This document shows positions 40,566 to 52,450 of a stretch of 64,000 nucleotides of DNA, in pieces. The notes beneath the pieces were generated by a model. That model was not told where the DNA came from, made no database searches, and saw only the letters and a program-made list of their open reading frames with translations. Source of the stretch: Octopus bimaculoides (Eukaryota); NCBI RefSeq assembly GCF_001194135.2, contig NC_068988.1, positions 51,087,778 to 51,151,777 of the forward strand, given 5' to 3'. Within the stretch, counting starts at the first letter, position 1. The number at the start of each line of letters is the position of its first letter. The position numbers were made by a program, and so were the translations under genes.

Positions 40566-41099
40566 GTAAACCATCAATTTACTTGTCTATGTAATCAGCC
40601 CATTTTCCCATCTCTGTATACTCCTCTTTCCCTATTCTGTCTACTTGTTTTTCTATTTTTAATTGCTAATGAATTTGTGCATGTATTTGTAGTTATGAAA
40701 TAATTTTATTTGTATTTATTAGATGATGATGATCATCATCCTTTAACGTCCATTTTTCATGCTAGTATGGGTTGGGTGGTTTGATTGAAGCTGGCAAGCC
40801 AGAGAGCTGCACCAGGTTCTAGTCTTGGCTTGGTTTCCATGGATGCCCTTCCTAATGCCAAACATTTAACAGTGTGTGCTGGGTGCTTTCAATGTGCCAC
40901 CGGCACAAGTGCTTTTACATGGCACCAACATGAGTGCTTTTTATATGGCACCAGCACAGATATCCTTAAGTATTGTATAACATATGTGATATACTGCATT
41001 ATGATGCAAGTATGACTGATATCATGGTATTTCATTTTGCTCTAAAACAACAACCAGTAGCATCAGTGCAATAACCTCACCAAATTACACCTTGTTGTT

Positions 41100-41360
41100 T
41101 TTTCCACAAGGACAGAGAGAAAGGACAACATAAGGGTATAAATAAAGTTAAAACCCAAACATTTGCATGGTATTAATGTCCAGAAGGTGTAGGTGGATTT
41201 GAAGAAAGCACTAATGTTCTTAAGCTTTATGGCAATAATGAAACGATACCCTTACCATGTAGTATGGTCCCACTTGATAAAAAAGATATTTTGATTGTTG
41301 AGTTAACATTGCATTGGAACAGTAATATGAAGTGGGTGCATAAAAAATACCACACAGCTA
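41100..41360 (+). mobile_element. Decayed restriction-like endonuclease end of a HERO/R2-group retrotransposon
   Basis: VDLKKALMF...YPYHVVWS..DKKDILIVELTLHWNSNMKWVHKK (with a frameshift) resembles VDL.K.L.FP...RPD.V.WS...VILIELTVPWE.N...AH..K. Confidence 0.55.
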
Positions 41361-43686
41361 TGCCTGCACATATATAGTATATAACATTAATCTACAAACA
41401 CACTGTGTTCTCTCTGCCTTTTCTACTACTACTACTACTACAATGGCCTCTGCTCTCCAGTGCTGGCTGGCTGGTCTCATATGATTTCCAGTTTGTCACT
41501 CTTGACTTGCTCATCTCTCCTCCTTGTTATCCCTTTTGTGTACACCCTGACCTCGCACTAATCCTATCACAGAATATTGATCATCTGGAATTTCCTCCCT
41601 GCACATTTTCCTGAAGTCACAGACAAACAACAATTCAGTCTAATTAGTCTCAAGAAGGCTTTTCAAGACTATGGGGCCTGCCTTTACTTAAAACCAAAGC
41701 AAGGAAAAAAATTCTAGATTATTTTATTATGTAATATGGATTCTTATACAATGTTCTGATTATATAACAAATACCGTACTGCATGTCATTCCAGCCTTGG
41801 ATGGTTCCGGTTAAAGTTTAGAGTTTGTATGATAAGAGATTGCTAACTCTGACTGGTCATCCATGAACCTTCCAATGGCACAATGTAACCATTTCCAACA
41901 GGAAGAGAAATTAATTTAGTACTTGATTGATACTTTATCGATCCCATAGAAGACACAGGTTGTGGTTAAAGTTTGCTTCCCAATCATGTGGTTTGGGGCT
42001 TAGTCACTGTGTGACATTTTAGGCAAGTGTTTTCTGCTACAGCTTTAAGTCAAACAAAGCCTTGTGTATGAACTTGTTTGACAGAAACTCAGAGAAACAC
42101 CATTTGTTGTCAATCTTCTATGAAAAAAACTGTCCCGCCATTGGATTGAGGGATTGCTTGCAGAATCCTCCAGCTTCTCAAAAAAATTTGTTCTGCTTCT
42201 TTGTTCTGAATTACCTTGCTTGGAAGCAAGTGAGGGTTGGTGACAGGAAGGGTATCCAGCCATAAAAGAATCTGCCTCAACAAATTCTACCTGAATTAAG
42301 CAAGCATGGAAAAGTGGGTGTTTAAAATGATGCTCATGATGAAGATGATAGGAATGAAAAAGGAAGCTGACTTCGGGAGGATTTGAGTTCAGAGATTTAG
42401 AACAAATATCAACATTCTGTCCAATGCTCTGATGGTTCTGCCATTTGACTGCCTCTTACTACAAAACATGATATTAATTTATAAGAAGTAAATAATCTTT
42501 GTGAAGTATAATCCCAGACTTATGTAATGTGGGTGTACATGTGTAAATGAAAATGAATGTTATATGGATTTATTTTTATTGCTACTGGATTAGTAAGTGA
42601 TTTGAATAATGGTATTAAATATGCATCATTATGTAAAATCAAATCTGTATGTCTAGATTAAGCATATGGTTACTTGTGTCTATGTGTGCACGTGTATGTG
42701 TGTATGCAATTTACAAGTTAGTCAAAGGAGGAAGGGCAGTGCACATGACCTCTACAAGCCATCTCAGACAAGTGATACTGATGCAACTGATGTCATGGAA
42801 AGTATTCAGAAACTGAAAGAGAAGAGTGTAGTATGAGGGGCTTGTTAAAAGGAGTGAAAAGAAAGAGAAGGTAACAAAAAAAATGAGAGAGAAAAGAGGC
42901 ATACTGTTGGTAAAAAGAAATACATATTCAGCAAACAACATTATTTACGACATGACTTAAGGGAAAGAATAGCTAAAAAAATAAACGCTATTTCGTCTAA
43001 ATGTTAATTATGGTTTTATATGTCATATGAAACTCATATTCATTGAATAAGTTAATGAAAAATATTGGGAATTAAATAGAAAATAGTGTGGTTTGTGGTG
43101 ACTCCATAAATAGAGGTTATGTGTGTGTGTGTGTGTGTGTATGTATTATACTAAATCTATGCACACTGTTAAAAAGCATGAATCTGTGGAATTGTCTGAG
43201 AAAAACTATTTCATTAACTTGTGTTAAAATCATAATATATATCAGAGTGAGACAAACATCATTACAGTGACTCTCAGGAACAACACGTGCATTCTTGCTT
43301 TTCTTGAGGCTTGTCAATGGCATGGTCCCATTTGTCGTTCGCTTAAATGAAATTCATGCTTTGATATGTAGGTGACAGTGAATAAGACATTCACTGGTAT
43401 TGTAGGAGCTTGTCAAGCTGTAGAAAAAACACAGTGTATGCAATTGAAATAACATTAGATTAAAAGCATGCATGTGTGCTTGTGTGTCATTTACTCCTTG
43501 ATAAGAAATGAGTAGGATTTGATTTACTGCTTGCAAAACATTTGTGCAATTGTTTGATGTTCTGTGATTAATATATCTGTACGTTACAATGTAATGAGTC
43601 CTTTCTTGTATGAATGGTCTTGTTTTTAAGACTAGGCTATGATGTTTCAGCAAGGTATCTACTATATTTCTTCAGAGAAAGAATAT

Positions 43687-43750
43687 TTCTTCTCTGATGA
43701 AGCTCAGCAGATACATGCTTTGTTGAAACATTGTGGCTATGTTGTGAGAA
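43687..43750 (+). ncRNA. Hammerhead-like motif, probably degenerate
   Basis: CTGATGA 43694-700. Stem II AGC/GTT plus AGCA/TGCT. GAAA 43725-28. Stem III ACAT/ATGT. GUU triplet ending at 43743. Weak stem I with one mismatch and two G.U pairs. Confidence 0.5.
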
Positions 43751-44250
43751 TGTGAATGAATCAAATTATGCAATACTCCAATTTTTTACATTGAGTTATT
43801 TCTTATTTGTTGATTACTATGATTACCAAGTGATAATCCCCTCTCTTTCTTTGACTGTCTTCCCTTGACTCTTTTTATGTATGAGTGGTTTTTTACAGTG
43901 TTTTTGTGGGTAAAGCCATATGTAGAAAGCAGCATAGAACTTCCTGCACAATGGTTCAATGTTACACCATGACCGAAGGGGTTTTTTACCCTTTACCCTT
44001 TAACCAAAACTTGATTACTTAACTTTGATCAAATAATCAAACTCTGTAATGTGTATCGTGTACTTTTTTTCTTCTGTTTGTACACATTGATTGGTCATAA
44101 AAATGTGGTTTAGTCATGTATCCAAAGGGAAATATTAAAACATTAAACTGCTCCACAAAGGAAAGACTGAAATTCAATAATGTATAATGAAAACCGTTCT
44201 AGTTTGTATGATTGATAAAATCCTGGGTAATCCTTGTTCTTTTTTTCCAG

Positions 44251-44361
44251 AGTCTGAGAAGCCAAGGAAGTGACTTAGCAGCACTCAAAACCCAAGTAGA
44301 GAAAGATTTCCTGGTTGATACTGCCAACTTTGAGAATATCACTGCAAGTATGAAAGAACTG
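44251..44361 (+). CDS. EFCAB14: EFCAB14-like exon
   Basis: ttctttttttccAG ... CTG|GTGAGT; 111 nt, phase 0/0. Encodes SLRSQGSDLAALKTQVEKDFLVDTANFENITASMKEL. Confidence 0.85.
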
Positions 44362-45953
44362 GTGAGTAGGATATTTATATTGTCTGTCTTTTAACAAATG
44401 TAAATATTATTGTTATTTTCCTTCAATTTATTTCTGTCAACATGTTATATCTTATGCCCTTGTAATATTGTAGCCATTGTCCATATATTATATTTTATAT
44501 CTATGCACTATTATATCTATAGTTATGTTAATATCTTGTTTCCATGTTGATATTTAGAAAGATAAAATGTAATGTAGTTGCTCTTAAATATCTCGCTGTA
44601 GCTAGTTATATCATATGTTTCAGTCATTGGTTTGCAGCCATGCTGGAACACCGCCTTGAAGGGTTTAGTCAGACAAATCAACCCCTGTACTTATTTTTTA
44701 GTCTAGTACCTATTCTATTGGTCACTTTTGCCTAACTGCTAAGTTACAAGGCATAAATAAAACAATGCCCACTGTCAAGCAATGGAGGGGGAAATATGAC
44801 ACACACATACATACATATGGGTTGAAGTCTTGCTAGAGTTACCCACTGGTCAATGAAATGTATTTGACCAAAGTCTGTTTCTCTATATGTGGCTTTGTAT
44901 TTAAAGAAGCCAGGCTTTCAGTTTTAGTCAACCATGTTGTTCTCCTTTATTGCCGTACTATATACTAGTGTCGGAGCAAAAATAGCCATTGGAAGGGAGG
45001 TAATTCTTAATTTTTTCGTTTTGAAAACGCGCTTGTATTACACAGTCTTTCTGTATTGCAATAACGTAGTCTGGAACACACTAATACCTTAAAAGTGGAG
45101 GGGAAAGGCAATGATCACAGCTAAATGCCTTTGAACATAATAAGCCTACTAGATGAGGGCCAGCTTGGACCTAAACAGCAACAACAGTTGCTGCTATTGA
45201 AACTACTATTACTGCAACCATGTTGGACAACCTTATTAATAAATAACTATTACACACAGTGATAACTTTTGAAGTACAGCTAACACTGGTACTGTATTGT
45301 GTGGTTGTCTTTTACGTCTTACAGTGATCAGAAGAATGTTTCATGTGATATATACACATATGCATTATATGAGTTAAACAGGATATGCAGTCTGCTTTAC
45401 CTTAGAAATGGCAAACAGACGTACATTCTTGTACTATACTCAAACTTGCACACACCACTGTCCTTAAGGCAGAGAACTTGATACAAGTTACTTGTAGAGA
45501 AAACATTTATTCTGGGAATTGGAAGGTGCAATGTTTCATAATGACCAGTGTTTTAATCCTGGGTAGAAATCTTTGGACAAATGAAATATTAAGAAAATGA
45601 AGATACTTTCCTGTGTGAGAGGTTGGGAGTATTTTTTTAGGAGAGGTGGGAGTTGTTTGTTTATTTTTCAGCTCTTAATTTGTATAATCTGTATTGAAAT
45701 ATTTATGTACGTTAGTTTCTATATACTATGTGTGTATGACTATATATTTGTATATAAGTTTGCATGTGTGTGTGTGTGTGTATAGGTGAAGCAGATAGGT
45801 TACTGAGTCGAATTTCGAATTGTGTATTTCTTTGTTACTGCTAATACTTAGATTTCATGATAGACTGAAATATAAAATCTTACCACTATCAGTAAGATGT
45901 GTGTGTACACAAACTATATCTTATGTTTATCTCTTTTAACATGTCATTTACAG

Positions 45954-46043
45954 AGAGCAGAGATTAAACAACTTCAAATTGAGAAGGGACATGCTGATAA
46001 CTTTACATATGATTTTACCAGATTAACTACCCAATTCCAAGAA
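45954..46043 (+). CDS. EFCAB14: EFCAB14-like exon
   Basis: tcatttacAG ... GAA|GTTAGT; 90 nt, phase 0/0. Encodes RAEIKQLQIEKGHADNFTYDFTRLTTQFQE. Confidence 0.8.
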
Positions 46044-46856
46044 GTTAGTAACATGCACTGTTTTTGTCTTCGATTTTTATATTTATTCTGGAAATATGAA
46101 TAAATATTAGTTTGTTACATTGTTATGTTAATACATATTAAATTTCTGTTTGTTTCCATATTTTATTCGGGGCTTAATAGTTAAATCTTTTACAAAGATT
46201 TGGAGGCTAAAAGAGAAGACTGATCGGTAAATTATATACTGGACTTTGTTTTTGAGATGATACAGCTGCTGCTATGGCCTGCACGAAAACAGTAGTGTAG
46301 AATCTTGCTCTGAAAGCTTGATAAGCAATCAGGACTTCATCATATTTTATGTCCCCTTTTCTGTGCTGGTAGGAGTTGGACATGTATGTTTCAGTAATAT
46401 TCCTTGCCACTTGTCATAATCCTTTGTCATCTTATTTGTGAAACCCATCATACTTCAGTACCATATTTTCCAGCATACAAGTTGACATAGCATATAATAT
46501 AAACATGTACTGTAAACATTCAGACATCATCTCTGTCTTTCCAAGTCCTGCTGCATTTAACATAGAATTTTTGGTTCTCAAAAGTTGTCTTGATGTATAA
46601 GTCATCTTGCCTTTTCTGAAAATACAACACTTCTTCCCACATTAAAATTAGTTGGTACCAAAATTCGAATTGCTAGAAGAATAAAAGGATTCAAAAAGTT
46701 ACATCCTCTTTTGGTCACTCAACCTGCTAGAATCAGCATCCATATCTTCCTTAAATTATGCTCTAAAATGAAAGGCATATTTGATAATGCAATCTAAGAT
46801 AGGAAAAACCTGACAGCCATCACTAGAAAAACTTTAACCAGAGCTAATGTGGAACT

Positions 46857-47246
46857 GTGGAGGCGCAATGGCCCAGTGGTTAGGGCAGCGGACTCGCGGT
46901 CATAGGATCGCAGTTTCGATTCCCAGACCGGGCATTGTGAGTGTTTATTGAGCGAAAACTCCTAAAAGCTCCACGAGGCTCCGGCAAGGGATGGTGGCGA
47001 ACCCTGCTATACTCTTCTACCACAACTTTCTCTCACTCTTTCTTCCTGTTTCTGTTGTGCCTGTAATTCAAAGGGTCAGCCTTGTCACACTGTGTCACGC
47101 TGAATATCCCCGAGAACTACGTTAAGGGTACACGTGTCTGTGGAGTGCTCAGCCACTTGCATGTTAATTTCACGAGCAGGCTGTTTCGTTGATCAGACCA
47201 ACTGGAGCCCTCGACGTCGTAAGTGACGGAGTGCCAACAACAAACA
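46857..47246 (+). mobile_element. tRNA-derived SINE family B with 11-bp TSD
   Basis: Head GTGGAGGCGCAATGGCCCAGTGG...TTTCGATTCCC with TCG at the anticodon-like position; (CAA)n tail; perfect TSD AATGTGGAACT at 46846-56 and 47247-57. Confidence 0.92.
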
Positions 47247-47958
47247 AATGTGGAACTAAATAATAACTGGCCTTAATTTTATTGAAAATGGACATGTGAA
47301 CAGTGATTCATTTGGGTTCGGAATGTTAAGGGGCAAGAAATTAAATATTGTAGAGGACTGGATAATGTAGTCCTAGATACATTTGTCTCAGATAGGTCAT
47401 GACTGGAATGTTGTTGATATAACTGCTTGATCAGGGCTGATTTGTGCTTAAAAAGAAAACCTGAGCCCATGACTGTGGTTCTCTGAAAACACCTTGACCT
47501 GCTAGGAACAAATCTTCTTCAAATCACATCTCCCTACCATACCTTGATAAATGGTTAGACACATTGGAATTTGTGGTCATAGATGCAATACTTCTATTCA
47601 GTCAGGTCTGTGGGTAGAAAGATAATCCACATTGAAAGTTTTTCTCTATGATGTCTGTTTGAAGTATGTGTAAGAAGTATGTTAGAAGAGTATCCTTATA
47701 ATCAAAAGTGGCCCATCCTTGATGATCTTATTCTTGGACATAACATCTTAGAACGTCAATAAGTAAAAGAATTACTTTTCAAAGACGTCAGGTATTATTA
47801 AGAGATTTAAGTTGTGTTTTGTTGCAAATTGAGCATCCTCATTGAGCTTTGTTGTTTGTTCACCAATGATCCTCTTGAAAATGATGAAGTATTCGCATTT
47901 TATATAGCATTTGTTTACTTTTGATTTTATTTTATCATTTATTTCTTTATTTCTGTAG

Positions 47959-48165
47959 GATTTGAACTCCACAGAAGTTAAACTCAAGGACCAGATTTTA
48001 CAGCTACAAAAGCAGTTCTATATTTTTGAATCCCAGCTTAACGAGACAACCACAGCTGCTAATACTACAACTACTACCACCAGCACAGACGTTACCACCT
48101 CCACTACAAATCCTCCGACCAACAGCATTCCTAGTAGCACAGCAAAGGCAGTCTCTAAAAAATAG
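47959..48165 (+). CDS. EFCAB14: EFCAB14-like last coding exon with Thr-rich tail and TAG stop
   Basis: tttctttatttctgtAG, phase 0. Encodes DLNSTEVKLKDQILQLQKQFYIFESQLNETTTAANTTTTTTSTDVTTSTTNPPTNSIPSSTAKAVSKK*. A GTAAGT donor follows at 48172. Confidence 0.78.
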   Translation, partial: DLNSTEVKLKDQILQLQKQFYIFESQLNETTTAANTTTTTTSTDVTTSTTNPPTNSIPSSTAKAVSKK

Positions 48166-48429
48166 CTCAGAGTAAGTACAGAGAATTTTGGCCCATAATT
48201 ACCTATATTTGGTTTACATTCTTGCTTCATAGATAAGGCTCTGGCACAATTTATGTACATAGTCATGTTGCTCAGTTTAAAACCATTACTTGGCACTTGG
48301 GCGTTTTTAGTGGAACCTACTTTTTTGCAAATATCTGAGCCAGGTCTCTAGTTTGGAACCACTTTCCTCCTGCTCTCTTCCCTCTGGTTTTGGAGGTCCT
48401 GTAAAGAATGATGTGTGCTGCCCTTCTCG

Positions 48430-48860
48430 GGTATGGCTGTGTGATTAAGAAGCTCACTTTGCAACCACATGGTTCCAGGTTCAGTCCCACTGCACAGCAC
48501 TTCTGCAAGTGTCTTCTACTATAGCCCTGGAGGCAACTAATGTAAGTGAATTTGGTAGGCGGAAAATAGACTTCATCTTGCCTTTTCTGAAAATATATAC
48601 AATGGGCTTCCATTGTATATACAATGTGCAGAAACCCATTGTATATACGTTTATGTGTGTTTGTGTCTGTCTCCCACAGCCACTTGATAATCAGTGTTGG
48701 TTGGTTTACATCTCCATAACTTGGTGGTTCAACAAAAGTGACCTATAGAGTAAGTACCGGACTTAAACAATAAGTCCAGGAGTTGATTTGTTAAACTGAA
48801 CCCTTCAAGGCAGTGCTTCAGTATGGCCACAGCAAATACATGAAACAAGTAAAATATAGG
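48430..48860 (+). mobile_element. SINE family A, diverged copy
   Basis: Head CAACCACATGGTTCCAGGTTCAGTCCCACTG; tail CAGTGCTTCAGTATGGCC...GAAACAAGTAAAA. Confidence 0.8.
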
Positions 48861-51102
48861 TTAAAGGATATGTAGACATGCACAGTTATATATGCACACT
48901 TACTGTTGTTTTATAATGAGTGTAGCTGCTAGAATAGCAAAGTTAACTTTTGAAATCAAGAATCAATTAAGTTCATTGTCAACAATATAGCGGTAGAGAA
49001 ATGCTAAATACAAATTAGGTAGAGTCTCACATAAGGAAATCTCGATCAGCTGAGATTACCCATGCAATTAGTAAACAAATATTTCCAATTTCCTCCGAGT
49101 GTTTAAAAATCTAAATAAAAAAGATGTTTTTGCCAAACGTAACTGTTCTGGTGAGAGTTACCTCCCCTAGTTGCTTTTTTCACCCCACAAATTTTTTTTA
49201 ACGCCTTTCAGAGGGAGATTTTCTTTATTATTATTAAATTGCTTTTCCTTTGCCCAGTCGAACGATCGACACCAGCATTTATTTTATATTCTTAAATTAC
49301 AGTCTGGTATTTGTTCTATAGATTTCTTTTGCCGAACCGCTAAGTTACGTAAACGTAAACAAATCAACACTACTTGTAAAGCGAGATGTGTAGCGCACAC
49401 ACACACACAGCAGACCAATTATGCACTTTTCTGCCTTCAAAAACTACCTTTTTTTTTTTTTATCTCTCTCCAACTTCTGCTCAGTTATTTTTTTGAGCAT
49501 TTAGCTAGCAACGTGTTTTTCATCTGATTATCTGTTCCTCTCTCTTCTTCCTTCTTCCTTTTCTGTGAACTTCCACTATCCAATGAAGGGCTATGCATAA
49601 TATTTCTACTTTTAGTTTTCCCTCTAAAACTTTCAAGTATCAAAGTAATAATATTCACTGTGAACGTCCCTTTTGACAGATGTTTTTGAATTTATTAATC
49701 CGCCTATACACACACTTACATGCATGCAAAGCTTCCATACAGTTTCTGGCCACCAAATTCACTCACAAGATATTGGCCAACGCAGGGCTTTTGTAGAAAA
49801 CACTTTGCCCGAGATTTTGTGCAGTAGGACTAAATTTGAAACCATGTCGTTGCAAAGCTAGTTTCTTTAATCACATAGCCTAGCGTGCACCTATAATTTT
49901 TAATAATATTTCATATGTTAGACTTTACTGTATTGGCAAGTGTGTTGACTTGTCAATTACCTAGATAAAAATAAATGATAGAAACTTTAACTGTTTAGTT
50001 CATGGAAGAGTAAACAACTGGGTTTCAGTTCCATTTCTGCTCTTCAGTATGTATTGCATCACACTCCTTCTTAAGAGGCGGCTGTTTGAAATGATTGGTG
50101 GGAGTTTCACTGTGTGGTTCAAGTAAGTGTAAAATGCTAAGTGTGAGTTCAGTCTCCTCTCACTCTGTATTGCATTACACTTCTCCTTAAGAAGCAACCT
50201 GTAGAACTGGTAGACATAGCTAGAGCTGTGACAATATCGTAGGATAAAGACACTCTTCAGCTATGAATGACCATGGGATTGCACTTAGAAAGTTATCTTC
50301 TGAAGCACAAGTCTGGGCAAAACTTGTTTATGGAAGGCCAGCAAAGGCTGATGCTGCTTGGCACCAGTGGACATAACTCATTTCTACAGCTGAGTGAACT
50401 GGAGCAATATGAAATAAAGTGTCTTGCTCAAGAACACAACACAACCCAGTCTGGGAATCAAACTGAGCCTGATGCTCTAAGCACTAAGCCAAATGCAGTG
50501 TGTATTCTGCTTCACACACTAGATGTGGGGTTGTTTCTATGGTCATGTGTAATTGATTGTAGGGCATTTTACTGCATTGTTTATTTTGTTGTTGTGTAAT
50601 ACTTTCATTCCATAATTCCTTTGTGCTTAACCTTTTTCACTCTACTCCATTTGTTCTCAACTCCATTTACCCACCCCCATGTAATCCATTTGCTCTTGTA
50701 CCCAGTCACCTTTAAGTCCATCCCCACCAACCATGCCTTTTTGCTCAAGCTCTTCATTTTTTACTTCTGTATTACACACACTCTGTAGTTCTTTCCATGT
50801 CTCATTATTTTTCTGTTAAGACTCACACACACATACACATTTATTTATATATATATGTATAAATGTGTAAATATATATTTTTTTTTAATATTTCAGCTCT
50901 TCTTGCTTTGAATATAAACCTTGTCTCTGTGAGAGATGATTGTTCCATAAACATACACCGCAGCATCCACCAATTGAGAAAGAGAGATAGAGAGAGAGAG
51001 AGAAAGAAAGAGAGAGAGAAGAAATATGACAGTTTTGTTTTGTTGTTACATTGTTATATTGTTACTTTGTCTGTTTGTATTATTAACTTTGGTCACCCAC
51101 AG

Positions 51103-52450
51103 CTTCCAGACTTATTGTGATAAGTGAACAGTTGTATCAGAAATATCACTAACAACACTTCTACTACTACTACTACTACTACTCAAACCATTGCTTCCAG
51201 ACTTATTGTGATAATAAGTTAACAGATATCAGGACTAGCACTAACACAACCCACATATTCAGTTTGTAGTCCGTTTCCACCTGAGAAGGAACTTTCTATA
51301 CCAAAGCAGCAACTGTTTCTTTAGGGTCTTTTTTATTAAACGTTTTTCTAAAATTTTTTTTTTTCGGAAATACTAACTTGAACTGCAGTCCAGTTTTGCT
51401 AGATCACTCTTTCTAATGTAAGTTTGGACACACACACCTATTACTACTCCCCACCCCTCCTCCCCGACCAGTGTTCCAGTATCTTCAGTTACACAGGAAG
51501 CTGTATATCACCAAACAGGAAGATTTTTAAAAGCACCATTATTTCATGTGTGCATCATTTGATTCTGGTTGGTACCAGTAATTAGGTATTGCTCATCAGT
51601 TCTAAGATAACAAATCTAATACTTCTTCATTAGGTACTAAAGTGGTGTAAAACAAAACAAACAAACAAAAGAACTTGGTACTCATTGCCATGACCAATAA
51701 TATTTTGATATAGATTGCCACTAGTACTGATTGGTATCAACATTGTTATATCAATGATTACTGTGTGTTTCTTGGTAGTTGTTACTACCAGTAATTCTTT
51801 CAAACTGAATTTCTTCAGAAAGAATGGGAACAGAGATTTGAAAAAAAAAAAAAAAAATTTATTTTGACTTTTGTTTTTTAAGCAATAAAATGAAATACAA
51901 CAGATAAAGTTTTTTCTGATATTTAAATTTCTCTCAACCAAAATAATTCAGTTGAGGGATTTTTTTTTTGTACATTTTTTGATTCTAAAATCTCATTTTG
52001 TTAGTCATCTTTTTGTAATGTTTGTCTTGTGAAATAAAAAGGAAAATATTGAATGATGTAAATTTTTTTTTATGTTGCTGTTTTTCATTGGGTTTTGAGT
52101 CATTAGGTTGTGGTCATACTGGGGCATCAAATTTAAAGATAAGGTCATTTCTATGCTTTATTGCCCTCAGGGATATGAAAAGCAAAGTTATACTATGCAT
52201 GGATTTGAACTCAGAATATAAAGGAAGGTAACAAAATAACACAAGTTCTTTTGGATTGTTTTTTAGGTGATATTTTTTACTGATTCTACCAATCTAAAGA
52301 ATTTTCTTGAATTGACAGGTAAGATTTGTCAGCATATTTAGCTATAGTTCGATACACTGTACATACACATGTATAATACAGGTATACACACTGTATGTAT
52401 ATATACATACATACAGATACTATATTTTACTTGTGTATAAGTCACACAAC
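51103..52450 (+). other. Possible non-coding terminal (3' UTR) exon of the EFCAB14-like gene
   Basis: Acceptor-like ctttggtcacccacAG at 51101-51102, followed by SINE-free AT-rich sequence with AATAAA at 51884 and 52033. The end position is a guess. Confidence 0.35.

Noticed and set aside
43190-43290. LTCVKIIIYIRVRQTSLQ as a GIY-YIG remnant upstream of the 43694 hammerhead
   Set aside because: Similarity is too weak to call by eye, though it would fit a Penelope origin; the same applies to about 39900-40030.
46857-46930. tRNA-Arg-like sequence
   Set aside because: It is the head of a SINE with a body, tail and TSD; no proper acceptor stem.
50205-50260. Minus-strand CTGAAGA-GTG...TAC-GATA hammerhead-like string
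   Set aside because: GAAA is broken and stem I cannot form.
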